From: Longimicrobiales bacterium
Lineage (GTDB): Bacteria; Gemmatimonadota; Gemmatimonadetes; Longimicrobiales; Gaopeijiaceae
Reading direction: 5' to 3'
Length of the DNA stretch: 64,000 bases
Assembly (NCBI GenBank): GCA_963664435.2
Contig: CAXXKM010000001.1
Span: 576,001-640,000 of the forward strand
The notes beneath the pieces were generated by a model that made no database searches, was not told where the DNA came from, and was given only the letters and a program-made list of their open reading frames with translations. The position numbers and the translations under genes were made by a program. Within the stretch, counting starts at the first letter, position 1; every line of letters starts with the position of its first letter. Positions 28,078 through 38,241 of the stretch are shown piece by piece.

Positions 28078-29862
28078 CTACCGGGGAATCACCGGCAGCG
28101 TGATGTGCGACGGATACCGGGCGTTGTGGTAGATCGTCTGACTGGCCGACTGCACTTCGGTCTCGAGATGGACCGGGCCGCCGGTGTTCGGGTTGCGGTC
28201 GTACTTGGGGAAGTTGCTGCTCGAGATCTCGACGCGGATCTGGTGGCCTTCCTGGAAAAGGTTGCTGCTCGCCCACAGATCGATGTTGAACTCGTACACC
28301 GTGCCCGGTTCCAGCAGCTCGAAGTCCCTGAAGTCGGGACTGCTGTGATAGCGCGCGCGCAGGATGCCATCGGCGATGTTGATGGCCTTTCCGTCCGGAT
28401 GGACGTCAACCAGCATGGCGGTGAAGTCGGTGTCGGGTGCGGTGGTCGATGCGTATAGCGTGGCCGTGATCGGGCCGGTTACCTCCACGGCCTCCTCCAG
28501 CGGCGGGGTGCTGAACACCAGGATGTCCTCCCGCTCCGCGATGTCCGCCCGGTCGAAGGGGCCGGGGGGCGTGGGCCCGAACATGAGGTTGCCGCCGCGG
28601 GTGGGGACCGGGTTCATCGGGTCGTAGACGAACTCGTCGACCGGGTCGGCGGCTCCCGGCATCTCCGCGCTCAGGGTCCCGTCGCCGCCTGAGCCGTTCG
28701 CGTTGCCCCCGCTGTGGAAGTAGTAGTTCGTGTACTGGGTGCGGGCGATCGGCCACTCGTTCTCGGAGCGCCAGACGTTCTCGCCCATGACGAAGATCCG
28801 CACCGGCGGCTCGTCCAGATAGCCGTTGTCGGCTCCCTGGAGCAGGGCATCGAACCACTTCACGTGCAGGCTGTCGAAGTCGACGGTGGCGTCCGGCCCG
28901 AAATCGATGCCGTCGTACACGAAGTTCGGGACGCTGGCGTGCGGCCAGGGGCCGATGAGCAGCTTCTGATTCTCCCGCGCGTACTCGTTGTGGCCCTTCT
29001 CGACCATGCCCGTGTAGCTGACCAGAGTGCCGTCGAGGAAGACATCGTACCACCCGCCGATATTCAGGGAAGCCGCGGCGAAATCCTCCAGGCGCGCTTC
29101 CGAGTCGAGCACTTCCCAGTAGGCGTCGTAGGTCGGATGCATCACGAAGTCGCGCCACCAGGGATTGTCCTGGCCCGTGGCCGCGCCCATCTCCAGCAGC
29201 GGCATGGTCCAGAGCACCTGGTCCCAGTCCGGGTTGCCCGCCTGGCCGGTGCGCCCGCCCATCCCCGACGCCCAGCCGATGCGCGAGCCGAGCGCGAGGG
29301 CGCCGCCTGGATAGGCCGTGTCGAAGTAGTAGTTGAACGGGGTCACCCGGGGGGCCATCGCCTTCAGGTATGGGGATCTGAACTCCGCGCCCTTCCACTG
29401 CGTGGTGGCCAGGTAGGAGTTGCCGTGGGTGCCCACCTGTCCGTCCGACCATGGCTGCTGGCCGATCCAGTTCTGCGTGTCGTGGCTGTCGTTGGCCTCG
29501 GCCAGGTAGGGATACCAGCTGCCCTCGGAGTCGAAGCGCCCGCGCACGTTCTGATGGACGTAGACGTATCCGCGCTCGGCCCAGCGCAGGCCCTCCTCCC
29601 ACGAGGCGGCGTCGGAGCCGTTGTCGTAGGGGTCGCGGATCAGCAGCGCGGGATGGCGGCCCGGCGCGGCCGGCCGGTAGACATCCGTGGAGAGAAGCGT
29701 GCCGTCGCGCATGGGCACCATGAGGTTGTGGTGCACGATCGCGCTCTCGCCGGCGCGGAATTCACCGCCGTGCAACTGCTGCGCCTCCAGCGGAGCCGTG
29801 GACAGCGAAAGAAGCAGAACGAGCCCGCCTGCGGCGGTCCTTCCAATGGTACGCGACTTCAT
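28078..29862 (-). CDS. CocE/NonD-family serine hydrolase, exported
   Basis: VPMRDG..L.TD.YRP, RGRFDSEG, GNSY nucleophile elbow, GGWYD, GPWPH, SSNFP.YDRN. Confidence 0.93.
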   Translation of the reverse strand: MKSRTIGRTAAGGLVLLLSLSTAPLEAQQLHGGEFRAGESAIVHHNLMVPMRDGTLLSTDVYRPAAPGRHPALLIRDPYDNGSDAASWEEGLRWAERGYVYVHQNVRGRFDSEGSWYPYLAEANDSHDTQNWIGQQPWSDGQVGTHGNSYLATTQWKGAEFRSPYLKAMAPRVTPFNYYFDTAYPGGALALGSRIGWASGMGGRTGQAGNPDWDQVLWTMPLLEMGAATGQDNPWWRDFVMHPTYDAYWEVLDSEARLEDFAAASLNIGGWYDVFLDGTLVSYTGMVEKGHNEYARENQKLLIGPWPHASVPNFVYDGIDFGPDATVDFDSLHVKWFDALLQGADNGYLDEPPVRIFVMGENVWRSENEWPIARTQYTNYYFHSGGNANGSGGDGTLSAEMPGAADPVDEFVYDPMNPVPTRGGNLMFGPTPPGPFDRADIAEREDILVFSTPPLEEAVEVTGPITATLYASTTAPDTDFTAMLVDVHPDGKAINIADGILRARYHSSPDFRDFELLEPGTVYEFNIDLWASSNLFQEGHQIRVEISSSNFPKYDRNPNTGGPVHLETEVQSASQTIYHNARYPSHITLPVIPR

Positions 29863-29953
29863 GACGATCTCCTGTAAGGAAATGATGTTCCCGCCCGCTT
29901 CACGGGCGAAGCATCGACAACCTGCGTCCTGGTTTTTGCGGAGTTCCGACGGT

Positions 29954-30829
29954 TCAGTTGCGGTCGGACTCCCCGATGGCCGCGTGGATGGCCTCCACCG
30001 AGACATCCGCGATCCAGTCCACGAGCTCGCGCCCGAGCGTCAGGGTGCGGGGGATGGGCGCCAGGTCGACGCCGTTGATCGAGAAGTGTCCCGCGCGGAT
30101 GCGCTGCTCCATGCGTACGGTGGTGGGATCCGTGAGCATCATGATGGAGGTGGCGCTGAACTCGTCGTGAAGGCCGGGGTCCTGCATCACCTCGTTGATG
30201 CCGCGCTCCCGCAGCCATTCCTGCCGCTGCACCCAGTTGTAATACTCGGGAACATGGTGGATGCTGGTCTTCCCATCGGTCCACTTGGCGGAAAGGGCCT
30301 GCGCCACCTCGAGTTGCGGCTGCTGATTGCCGCCGCTGTCGCCGATGAGGAGGATGTGCTCGAAGCCGTTGGCCCGCAGGGCGGTGGAAACATCGGTGAG
30401 CACGCTCTTGAAGGTCTCGACCCTCACCCCGATGGTGCCCGGATAGCGGATGGTGCCGGGTTCCAGGTCGATCTCCCCTTCGGGTACGTACTTGATGATC
30501 GGGGCGATGAGGGCATTGCCCAGCTTGCGCGCAATCGCCTCGGCCGTCTGCTGCAGGATGTAGTTGTGCTTGCCGCCCGCCAGGTAAGGGCCGTTTTCCT
30601 CCACTCCTCCGGTGGGCACGAGCACCGTCGTCTTCCCGGCACGGATCGCGTCGCGCACCTCCATGAAGGTGAGTTCCTCGATCCAGACGGACTCCAGTGC
30701 GTCGATCGGCCTGGGCGTGTCGGGATCGATCGGATTTCCGCCGCTCCCGGGCCTGGGCGCCTGCTGCGCGTCGACCGCGTTCGGGAGAAGGATCAGGGCG
30801 AGGGCGAACAGCTTCACGAACCGGGCCAT
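29954..30829 (-). CDS. Creatininase-family protein, exported, divergent active site
   Basis: IEELTFMEV, PTGGVEENGPYL, YPGTI, GDSGGNQ; GGAGG RBS and signal peptide. Confidence 0.8.
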   Translation of the reverse strand: MARFVKLFALALILLPNAVDAQQAPRPGSGGNPIDPDTPRPIDALESVWIEELTFMEVRDAIRAGKTTVLVPTGGVEENGPYLAGGKHNYILQQTAEAIARKLGNALIAPIIKYVPEGEIDLEPGTIRYPGTIGVRVETFKSVLTDVSTALRANGFEHILLIGDSGGNQQPQLEVAQALSAKWTDGKTSIHHVPEYYNWVQRQEWLRERGINEVMQDPGLHDEFSATSIMMLTDPTTVRMEQRIRAGHFSINGVDLAPIPRTLTLGRELVDWIADVSVEAIHAAIGESDRN

Positions 30830-31011
30830 CAATGCCTCCGGGATTGCGGGATTGCGGTCAGAAACTGACCGGGGTGCATGCATCGGCACCGTAACGGCGG
30901 AAATGGCGGTACGCAAGCCAGCCGCGAACCGCGCAGACCCCGGTCCCGGCGAAGCGATCCGGCACCGATGCGCCGCCGCTCGAACGCCGCCAGGAGCTCC
31001 TCCGCGGAAAG

Positions 31012-32151
31012 CTAGCCCGACCTCCGGTGCCAGGCCGCAAGCACCTCGGCCTCGCGTTCGGCGGCGAGGCCCGAGCGCATGGGCATCCGATCCTCTTCGG
31101 GAAGCGCCTTCCACCACTCGAGCGTCTCGGCCGCGGTGACCGCGAGCGGCCGATAGCGCAGGCCGGCGGCGATGCCCTGGGCGCGGCTCATGCGCGCGAA
31201 CCCCGTGGTCGGTCCCACCGGCGGCTGCCAGACCGGCAGGTCGCTCCAGGGCCGGACGCCCTGATCCCGCAGGAAATCGAGGGCGACGAAGGTGAGGTTC
31301 GAGGGCGTCGAGGTCACCGCCTTGATCCCGTGGAGGAACTCCTCCATGTGCAGGTCGCCCTCCGGTCCGATCACGTTGTAGAGGCCCCTCGTCTCCTGTT
31401 CGAGCAGATGAACCATGAACTCGGCCAGATCCCGCACGTCGATGTACTGCACGGGATCCATGGGGGTGTTGGGAGCGAGCACTTCCCCGCCCCGGTCCAT
31501 GCGCGCGCACCAGTAGGTGAAGCGGTCGCTCCGGTCTCCCGGGCCCGCCACGAGGCCGGGGCGGACGATGGTGCAGCGGTCCCCGAAGGCGGCCTGCAGT
31601 TCCTGCTCGGCAAGCGCCTTCATCGGCCCGTAGCCCTCCCACTCCTCCATCGGCAGGTCCGCCTGTCCCACCACGGCGGACTCGTCGATCCCGATCTCCA
31701 CCCGGGACATGTAGGCCGCCTGGGTGGAGATGAAGAGGTATTGATCCGTCCGGTCCACCAGCAAGCGGGCCGTGGCGCGAACCTGGTCGGGGGTGTAGCC
31801 GGAGTTGTCGATGACCACGTCCCAGGTGCGGTCTCCCGCGAGGGACGAAAGGTCGCCGTCGCGGTCCCCTATCAGGTTTTCCAGCCCGCTGAAACGGTCC
31901 TGGAACATGCGCGGCTGGCTGCGCCCGCGATTGAACAGGGTGAGCTCGTGGCCGCGCGACAGAATGCGATCGACCTGCCAGGGGCCGATGAACCCCGTGC
32001 CTCCGAGCAAGAGGATGCGGGAAGCCCTGCGCGGCCGCCTGGCCGCTTCGGACCCATGCCCGTTCGCCGAGGCCGGGTACCCGAGCCCGATACCGATACC
32101 GCCGCCGGCCACGGCCGACAGCCGGAGAAAGTCGCGTCGATTCGTTGTCAT
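31012..32151 (-). CDS. Tat-exported NAD(P)-dependent epimerase/dehydratase-family protein
   Basis: NRRDFLR Tat motif; GGTGFIG; YGPMK (YxxxK); RPGLVAGP. Confidence 0.88.
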   Translation of the reverse strand: MTTNRRDFLRLSAVAGGGIGIGLGYPASANGHGSEAARRPRRASRILLLGGTGFIGPWQVDRILSRGHELTLFNRGRSQPRMFQDRFSGLENLIGDRDGDLSSLAGDRTWDVVIDNSGYTPDQVRATARLLVDRTDQYLFISTQAAYMSRVEIGIDESAVVGQADLPMEEWEGYGPMKALAEQELQAAFGDRCTIVRPGLVAGPGDRSDRFTYWCARMDRGGEVLAPNTPMDPVQYIDVRDLAEFMVHLLEQETRGLYNVIGPEGDLHMEEFLHGIKAVTSTPSNLTFVALDFLRDQGVRPWSDLPVWQPPVGPTTGFARMSRAQGIAAGLRYRPLAVTAAETLEWWKALPEEDRMPMRSGLAAEREAEVLAAWHRRSG

Positions 32152-32215
32152 CGAGTTCGTGATCCAGTCTGAGGGTGAGTTCGGTGATGCAGGTGCAGGC
32201 TGGGGAGGGGCTCGG

Positions 32216-33622
32216 TTACCGAGTCCCTTCCTCCGTGGCCGGGCGTTGCGAACTACGCCCGCCTTCCTTGTAGACGACGCCATCCTTCATGACGAAGTCG
32301 ATGTCTTGCAGGAGGTCGATGTCGGCCAGCGGGTCGCCCTGCACTGCCACCAGGTCGGCGACCTTGCCTGGCTCCACGCTTCCCAGTTCCTCCGTGCGGT
32401 GCAGCACGATGGCGGCCTCCCGGGTAGCGGCGAGAATCGCCTGCATCGGCGACATTCCGACGTCCACCAGCAGACGGAACTCGCCCCCGTTCTCCCCATG
32501 CGGGAAGACTCCGGCGTCCGTTCCGAAGCCGATCTTCACACCCTCCCGAACGGCCAGCTGGATCGACTCCCGGAAATACGGATAGATCTCCAGGGCCTTC
32601 TCTCCCGGCAGCCCCGTGAGTGTCCCCGCCAGCGCCCGCTCCCGGACATTCTCGAACGCCATCATGGTGGGAACCAGGTAGGTGCCGTGCTCGTCCATGA
32701 GCCGGACAGTCTCCTCGTCAAGCATCGAGCCATGGTCGATGGTGGTGACGCCCGCACGCACGGCCGCCTTGATTCCTTCGAGGCCGTGGGCGTGGGCGGC
32801 CACCGTACGGTCGGCCATTTTGGCGGTCTGAACGAGGACGACCATCTCCTCCTCCGTGAACTGCTGCACGCCAACGGCGTCGCCCTCCGACAGCACGCCG
32901 CCGGTCGCGCAGAACTTGATGAGGTCCGCGCCATACTTGATCTGGTAGTTCACCGCCTCGCGCACGTTTTCGATGCCCTGGGCGATGCCCTTCTCGATCC
33001 CCGGCTCCTCGAAGATGTCCGGGCGGTAGCCGTTGCTGTCGCAATGCCCCCCGGTGATCCCCAGGGAGTAGACTGCGGTGTACATCCGCGGGCCCGGCAC
33101 AAGGCCGCGGTTGATGGCGTCCCGGAGCGCCACGTCGGCGAAGTTGTCGGCTCCCACGTTGCGTACGGTGGTGAAGCCGGCCTCGAGGGTGATGCGCGCG
33201 TTCATGACCCCCACGATGGCCAGGTGCCCCGGCCAGCGATGCAGGCGGCTGTCGCGGCTTCCGTCCCCGCTGGTGAGGTGCGTGTGCAGGTCGATGAGGC
33301 CCGGCATCACGGTATGGTCGGACAGATCGATGCGGGTCGCCCCCGACGGGACCGAAATGTTCTCGCCAACCGCCTCCAGGCGGGTGCCGCGCACCAGAAC
33401 GGTGACGTTCTCGCGCACGCTTCCGTCCACCCCGTCGATGAGGCGGCCAGCCGTAATCGCGGTCACGTCGGTGCTGTCGGGGAGGGTCACCCGCTGGGCA
33501 GCGAGGCCCGCGGGACCGGCGGTCCACACAGCCGTCAACACGAGCGCGAGCAGTATCCGGATCCGGTTGGCCGAGGCTCGCTCTTTCGGATGGCCACTCA
33601 TTCCATTTGCCTGTTTCGCCAT
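32216..33622 (-). CDS. Amidohydrolase (Xaa-Pro dipeptidase-like), exported
   Basis: PGLIDLHTH, TGGHCD, LIKF, AAHAHG, IDHG, GTDAG. Confidence 0.9.
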   Translation of the reverse strand: MAKQANGMSGHPKERASANRIRILLALVLTAVWTAGPAGLAAQRVTLPDSTDVTAITAGRLIDGVDGSVRENVTVLVRGTRLEAVGENISVPSGATRIDLSDHTVMPGLIDLHTHLTSGDGSRDSRLHRWPGHLAIVGVMNARITLEAGFTTVRNVGADNFADVALRDAINRGLVPGPRMYTAVYSLGITGGHCDSNGYRPDIFEEPGIEKGIAQGIENVREAVNYQIKYGADLIKFCATGGVLSEGDAVGVQQFTEEEMVVLVQTAKMADRTVAAHAHGLEGIKAAVRAGVTTIDHGSMLDEETVRLMDEHGTYLVPTMMAFENVRERALAGTLTGLPGEKALEIYPYFRESIQLAVREGVKIGFGTDAGVFPHGENGGEFRLLVDVGMSPMQAILAATREAAIVLHRTEELGSVEPGKVADLVAVQGDPLADIDLLQDIDFVMKDGVVYKEGGRSSQRPATEEGTR

Positions 33623-33732
33623 GGTCCTCTCCTCATTTCATTGCGCCGCCGGTTCCACTTGGCCCGGACGGATCACGGACCTCCAGGCCCGCGCGCGACC
33701 GCGTACATATACCGCCCAGCCGACGTAAACGG

Positions 33733-35154
33733 CTAGTCTCTCCAGGGGGCGTCGGATACGGGACGCGAGGGGTCGATCCCCGGGCCCTTGTACTGAACAC
33801 CCCCCTTGATCACATGGATAACGTTGTTCTGTTGCAGCGCACTCATGTTCCGCAGGGGGTTCCCGTTCACCACGATGATGTCAGCGAGCTTTCCGGGCTC
33901 GAGCGTGCCGAGATCGTCCAATGCGCCATACAGCAGCGCCGGGTACCGCGTTGCCATGCTGATGACCTTCATCGGCGGGATGCCGTAACGAACGAAGAGG
34001 TCCATCTCCTGCCAGGTCGACTCGTAGTGGAAGTTCATCGGGGTGCCCGAATCGGTCCCGACCACGAGTCGAACCCCGTTCTCGTACAGCTGTCTCACCT
34101 TCGCGGGATGATGCCGGTTGGCGTTCTTCGCGCCGGAAAAGTAGTTGAGCCTGCTGAAGTGGTTCAGCGAACTGCGGATATCCTCGTACATGTCCGGAGG
34201 CAGATCGGCCCGTAGCTGGGGGTTGTCCAGCCGCTCCGGATACTCGGTGGTGATGTCGTAGATCTTGCTCACCAAGGATGTCACGGAGGCAACGATGCCG
34301 TTCTCCGCGATGAGGCGCAACGCCTCCTCCGGATAGAGCGGATAGGAACCGCCACCCATGTGCTCGATGGAGCCCACCCCCATCTCCGCCGCCGCGCGCA
34401 CCTCCTCGACCGACCGCGCGTGCACGGCCATGTGCAGCCCGGCCCGGCGGGCCTCGCCCGCGATGGCCATCCGTTCCTCCGGGCTCAGCTCGGCCAGCTG
34501 GATGACCTTGATGACATCCACTCCGGCGTCCACGAGCTGGCGCGCCTTGCGGGCGGCATCCTCCGGCCCATCGACGGTCCAGCGAACGAACGCCTGGGTG
34601 CGGTAGTCGTAGCGCGTCCCCTGGGGAACCGGCAGGCTCTTCTGCAGAAACGGTCCCGAGACGAAGAGCCGCGGGCCGGCCATTCGGCCCGCGTTGATCT
34701 CTTCGCGTACCCAGATGGCGTCTTCGAGGGGAGCACCCAGGTCGCGGGCGGTGGTGACGCCCGCCATCAGAAGCTGGCGGGCGGAGATCTCCATGATCTC
34801 CCGCCAGCGGCCCATGTAGCGCGGAAAGTATTCGTCGTAGACGCCGTGACCCATGACGATCAGGTGGGCGTGGGCCTCGTTCAGCCCCGGCATGACCGTC
34901 AGCCCGTTTGCATCGATCACCCGGGCACCCGCCGGAATCTCCGTGTCGGAAACCGTCCCGACATGGGTAATGCGGTCCCCTTCGACGAGGATTACCGAAT
35001 TCTGGATCGGGACTCCCTCATGGCCATCGATCAGCACGCCGCCCACGATGGCGAGCTGGCCCGGAGCCTGACCCTGGAGGGCGGGGGAACGGCTCGAAAC
35101 CAGAGCCAGCGTCCCCATTCCTACGAGCCCGCACACCCGCAGATAGTTCTTCAT
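33733..35154 (-). CDS. Amidohydrolase, exported (paralog A)
   Basis: PGLNEAHAH, VIKV, AVHA, SIEHMG, GTDSG. Confidence 0.9.
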   Translation of the reverse strand: MKNYLRVCGLVGMGTLALVSSRSPALQGQAPGQLAIVGGVLIDGHEGVPIQNSVILVEGDRITHVGTVSDTEIPAGARVIDANGLTVMPGLNEAHAHLIVMGHGVYDEYFPRYMGRWREIMEISARQLLMAGVTTARDLGAPLEDAIWVREEINAGRMAGPRLFVSGPFLQKSLPVPQGTRYDYRTQAFVRWTVDGPEDAARKARQLVDAGVDVIKVIQLAELSPEERMAIAGEARRAGLHMAVHARSVEEVRAAAEMGVGSIEHMGGGSYPLYPEEALRLIAENGIVASVTSLVSKIYDITTEYPERLDNPQLRADLPPDMYEDIRSSLNHFSRLNYFSGAKNANRHHPAKVRQLYENGVRLVVGTDSGTPMNFHYESTWQEMDLFVRYGIPPMKVISMATRYPALLYGALDDLGTLEPGKLADIIVVNGNPLRNMSALQQNNVIHVIKGGVQYKGPGIDPSRPVSDAPWRD

Positions 35155-35223
35155 GCCTGGCCTCCCAGTGTCCGGGCTGACGTCATATGCCGGATTCCCG
35201 GCCGCTCACTCGCTGCCCTGGGG

Positions 35224-36648
35224 TCAGTCCCGGCGCGCGTCGGCGTCGGAGACCGGGCGCGTCGTTTCGATGCCGGGGCCCTTGTACTCGACACCGCCCT
35301 TGATGACATGGATCACGTTGTTCTGCTCCAGCGCGGCCATGTTCCTCAGCGGATTCCCGTTTACGACGATGATGTCGGCGAGCTTGCCCGGCTCGATGGT
35401 GCCGAGATCGTCGAACTCCCTGTAGAGCAGCGCCGGGAACTTGGTCGCCATGCTGATGACCTTCATCGGCGGAATGCCGTAGCGTACGAACAGGTCCATC
35501 TCCTGCCACGTGGACTCGTAGTGGAAGTTCATCGGGGTGCCCGAATCGGTGCCGATCACGAGACGGATGCCGTTCTCGTAGAGTTGTCGCACCTTGGCCG
35601 GGTGATGGGCGTTCGAGTCCTTGGCGCCCGAGAAGTAGTTGAGCCTGCTGAAGAAGTCCAGTGATCTGCGCACGTCCTCGTACATGGCGGCCGGCAGATC
35701 GGCCTTGAGCTGCGGATTGTCCAGCCGTTCGGGGTATTCCGTCGTGATGTCGTAGACCTTGCTGACCATGGAGGTCACCGACGCCACGATGTTGTTGTCC
35801 GCCATCAGGCGAATGGTCTCTTCCGGGTAGAGCGGATAAGGACGTCCTCCCATGTGCTCGATGGAGTTGGCTCCCATCTCCGCGGCCTGCCCAACCTCCT
35901 CTATCGTACTGGCGTGTACCGCGATGTGGAGCCCCGCCTCGCGGGCGACCTCGCCGATGGCCATCCGCTCCTCCCGCGTCAGCTGGGCCAATTGGATCAC
36001 CTTCAGGAGATCCACTCCGGCATCCACCAGCTCTTGCGCCTTGCGGCGGGCGTCCTCGGGTCCGTCCACGGTCCAGCGGAAGAACGCCTGCACCTGGGAG
36101 TCGTAGCTGGTCCCCTGGGCGCCCGGGAGGCTCTTCTGCAGGAAGGGGCCGGACACGAACAGGCGCGGCCCCAGCATGCGGCCGGCGTTGATTTCGTCCC
36201 GGATATACAGGGCGTCCTCCAGGGGAGCGCCCAGGTCACGCGCCGAAGTCACGCCCGCCATCAGCAACTGATGGGCGGAGATCTCCATGATCTCGCGCCA
36301 CCGGCCCATGTAGCGGGGGAAGAACTCGTCGTAGATGCCGTGCCCGATGATGAAGAGGTGAGCGTGGGCTTCGTTGAGCCCCGGCATGACCGTCAGCCCG
36401 TTTGCATCGATCACCCTGGCTCCCGCCGGAATCTCGGTATCCGACACGGTTCCCACGTGGGTGATGCGGTCGCCTTCCACGAGCACCACCGAATTCTGAA
36501 TCGGCACCCCCTCCTGCCCGTCGATCAGGTACCCCCCCACGATGGCCAGCTGATCCGGGGCTTGCGCCGACACCTGCTCCGGAGGGTTCAGTGCCACCCA
36601 GCCCAGCAGAATACCCATTGCGGTCAGCAACTCTCGCTCGATTCTCAT
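35224..36648 (-). CDS. Amidohydrolase, exported (paralog B)
   Basis: Same motifs as paralog A; AAGGAG RBS before ATG at 36648. Confidence 0.9.
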   Translation of the reverse strand: MRIERELLTAMGILLGWVALNPPEQVSAQAPDQLAIVGGYLIDGQEGVPIQNSVVLVEGDRITHVGTVSDTEIPAGARVIDANGLTVMPGLNEAHAHLFIIGHGIYDEFFPRYMGRWREIMEISAHQLLMAGVTSARDLGAPLEDALYIRDEINAGRMLGPRLFVSGPFLQKSLPGAQGTSYDSQVQAFFRWTVDGPEDARRKAQELVDAGVDLLKVIQLAQLTREERMAIGEVAREAGLHIAVHASTIEEVGQAAEMGANSIEHMGGRPYPLYPEETIRLMADNNIVASVTSMVSKVYDITTEYPERLDNPQLKADLPAAMYEDVRRSLDFFSRLNYFSGAKDSNAHHPAKVRQLYENGIRLVIGTDSGTPMNFHYESTWQEMDLFVRYGIPPMKVISMATKFPALLYREFDDLGTIEPGKLADIIVVNGNPLRNMAALEQNNVIHVIKGGVEYKGPGIETTRPVSDADARRD

Positions 36649-36706
36649 GCTCACTCCTTTTCGCCTTGCCCGGCCTCGGTAGCAGGTAGCACCCCGGGGC
36701 ATGAAA

Positions 36707-38074
36707 TCACTTGTACCTCACACCATCCTTGACGACCATCCGCACATAGCCCAGAACGTTGATGTCAAAGAGCGGATTGCCCTCGACAACGATGATGTCG
36801 GCCAGTTTGCCGGGTTCTATCGTGCCCAGATCCCTGCCCATGCCCATTACCTCGGCCCCCGTCTTGGTCGAAGCCGAGATCGCAGCCAGCGGACTCATTC
36901 CCGAGTCCACCAGGGCGGAGATCTCTCTCCAGGCGGCTTCGGTGTGAAAGTTCATGGGAGACCCCGAATCGGTACCCATTGCGATGACCGCGCCCCCGTC
37001 GATGAACTGGCGGGCGGCGATCTCGGAGTTGCGAATCTGACGCGGGGTCGTGCGAAAGTACGAGTTCCTGTGGAAGTCCTCGAAGGAACGCTGGAACTCG
37101 CCGTAGAGGTCGGGTGGCAGGTCCTCCTTGAGACGGGAGTCCTGCAGCCGCTCCGGGAACTCCAAGGTCGCGGGATAGACCCAGATCCGATGAGCAATGG
37201 TCTGTACGATCGGGATCCCCCGGTGCGCGATCTCCGTGATCAGGTCGTCGCTGTAGGGCGGATTGCCACCCGACCCGGCATGCTGGATGACATCCGTTCC
37301 CGCGCGGATCGCCGCCCACATGTCCTCGGGAGCGTAGAGATGGGTGTGGACCTCGATGCCCCGCCGGTGCGCGGCGTCGACAACCGCCCGCATGTCGTCT
37401 TCGCTCATCCCAGCCCAGATCTTGATCAGGTCGACCCCGGCATCGATGAGGTCGTCCGTCTGTTCGGTAGCCTCTTCGGGAGAGGTGATGCGACGCTGGA
37501 ACCAGGGTGGGAACTGCTGCCCCACGCGCGTGATCCAGGGGCCGCTGACCAGCATGCGGGGTCCTGGAAGCCGACCCTCGTTGATGTCGTCGCGCACGTT
37601 GAGGATCTCGAGCGGCGCACCCAAGTCGACGGCGGTGGTGACACCGGCCATCAATAGCTGTCTGGCCGAGATGGCCATCATCTCTTCCCTGGCCCCATCG
37701 AGAATCGGCCACCACTCGGCGTATTCGCCATGGCCGAGGATCATCAGGTGGACGTGGAGATCGACTAGGCCGGGAAGCATGGTCATGCCCTCGGTATTGA
37801 CGATTTCCGCTCCGGCCGGAATCTCTACGTCGCTGGCAGGTCCCACGGCGACGATGCGGTTGCCCTCGATGACCACGGCCGCGTGATGGATGGGAGGCGT
37901 CTCGTATCCGTCGAGGAGCATCCCGCCCACCAGCGCCATGGTACCCGACCCTCCCTGCGCGGCGACCGGCGCCGGCAGAACAATGCTCAGCAGAATGCCC
38001 GCTATCAACGGAGTCGCTGCTCGGACCTTTTGGGGGTGCGGTTTCTTCATTGGTTTTCTTCCTTGCGTGTGCAT
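36707..38074 (-). CDS. Amidohydrolase, exported
   Basis: PGLVDLHVH, LIKIW, HTH, IQHAG, GTDSG; signal peptide. Confidence 0.9.
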   Translation of the reverse strand: MHTQGRKPMKKPHPQKVRAATPLIAGILLSIVLPAPVAAQGGSGTMALVGGMLLDGYETPPIHHAAVVIEGNRIVAVGPASDVEIPAGAEIVNTEGMTMLPGLVDLHVHLMILGHGEYAEWWPILDGAREEMMAISARQLLMAGVTTAVDLGAPLEILNVRDDINEGRLPGPRMLVSGPWITRVGQQFPPWFQRRITSPEEATEQTDDLIDAGVDLIKIWAGMSEDDMRAVVDAAHRRGIEVHTHLYAPEDMWAAIRAGTDVIQHAGSGGNPPYSDDLITEIAHRGIPIVQTIAHRIWVYPATLEFPERLQDSRLKEDLPPDLYGEFQRSFEDFHRNSYFRTTPRQIRNSEIAARQFIDGGAVIAMGTDSGSPMNFHTEAAWREISALVDSGMSPLAAISASTKTGAEVMGMGRDLGTIEPGKLADIIVVEGNPLFDINVLGYVRMVVKDGVRYK

Positions 38075-38241
38075 ACGCCTCCCCGCATCAGCGACGCCGG
38101 GTCACACCCGCGGGTCCGTGATGGATCCGGACGATGTGGACACCGGCGTCGTCGAACCGTCACTTCTGGCAAAAAAAGCCGCAACGGCGGCTGCTCCGGC
38201 CGCGGACGCTACACCATACGACCGCGGCCGGAGTCGCGAAA

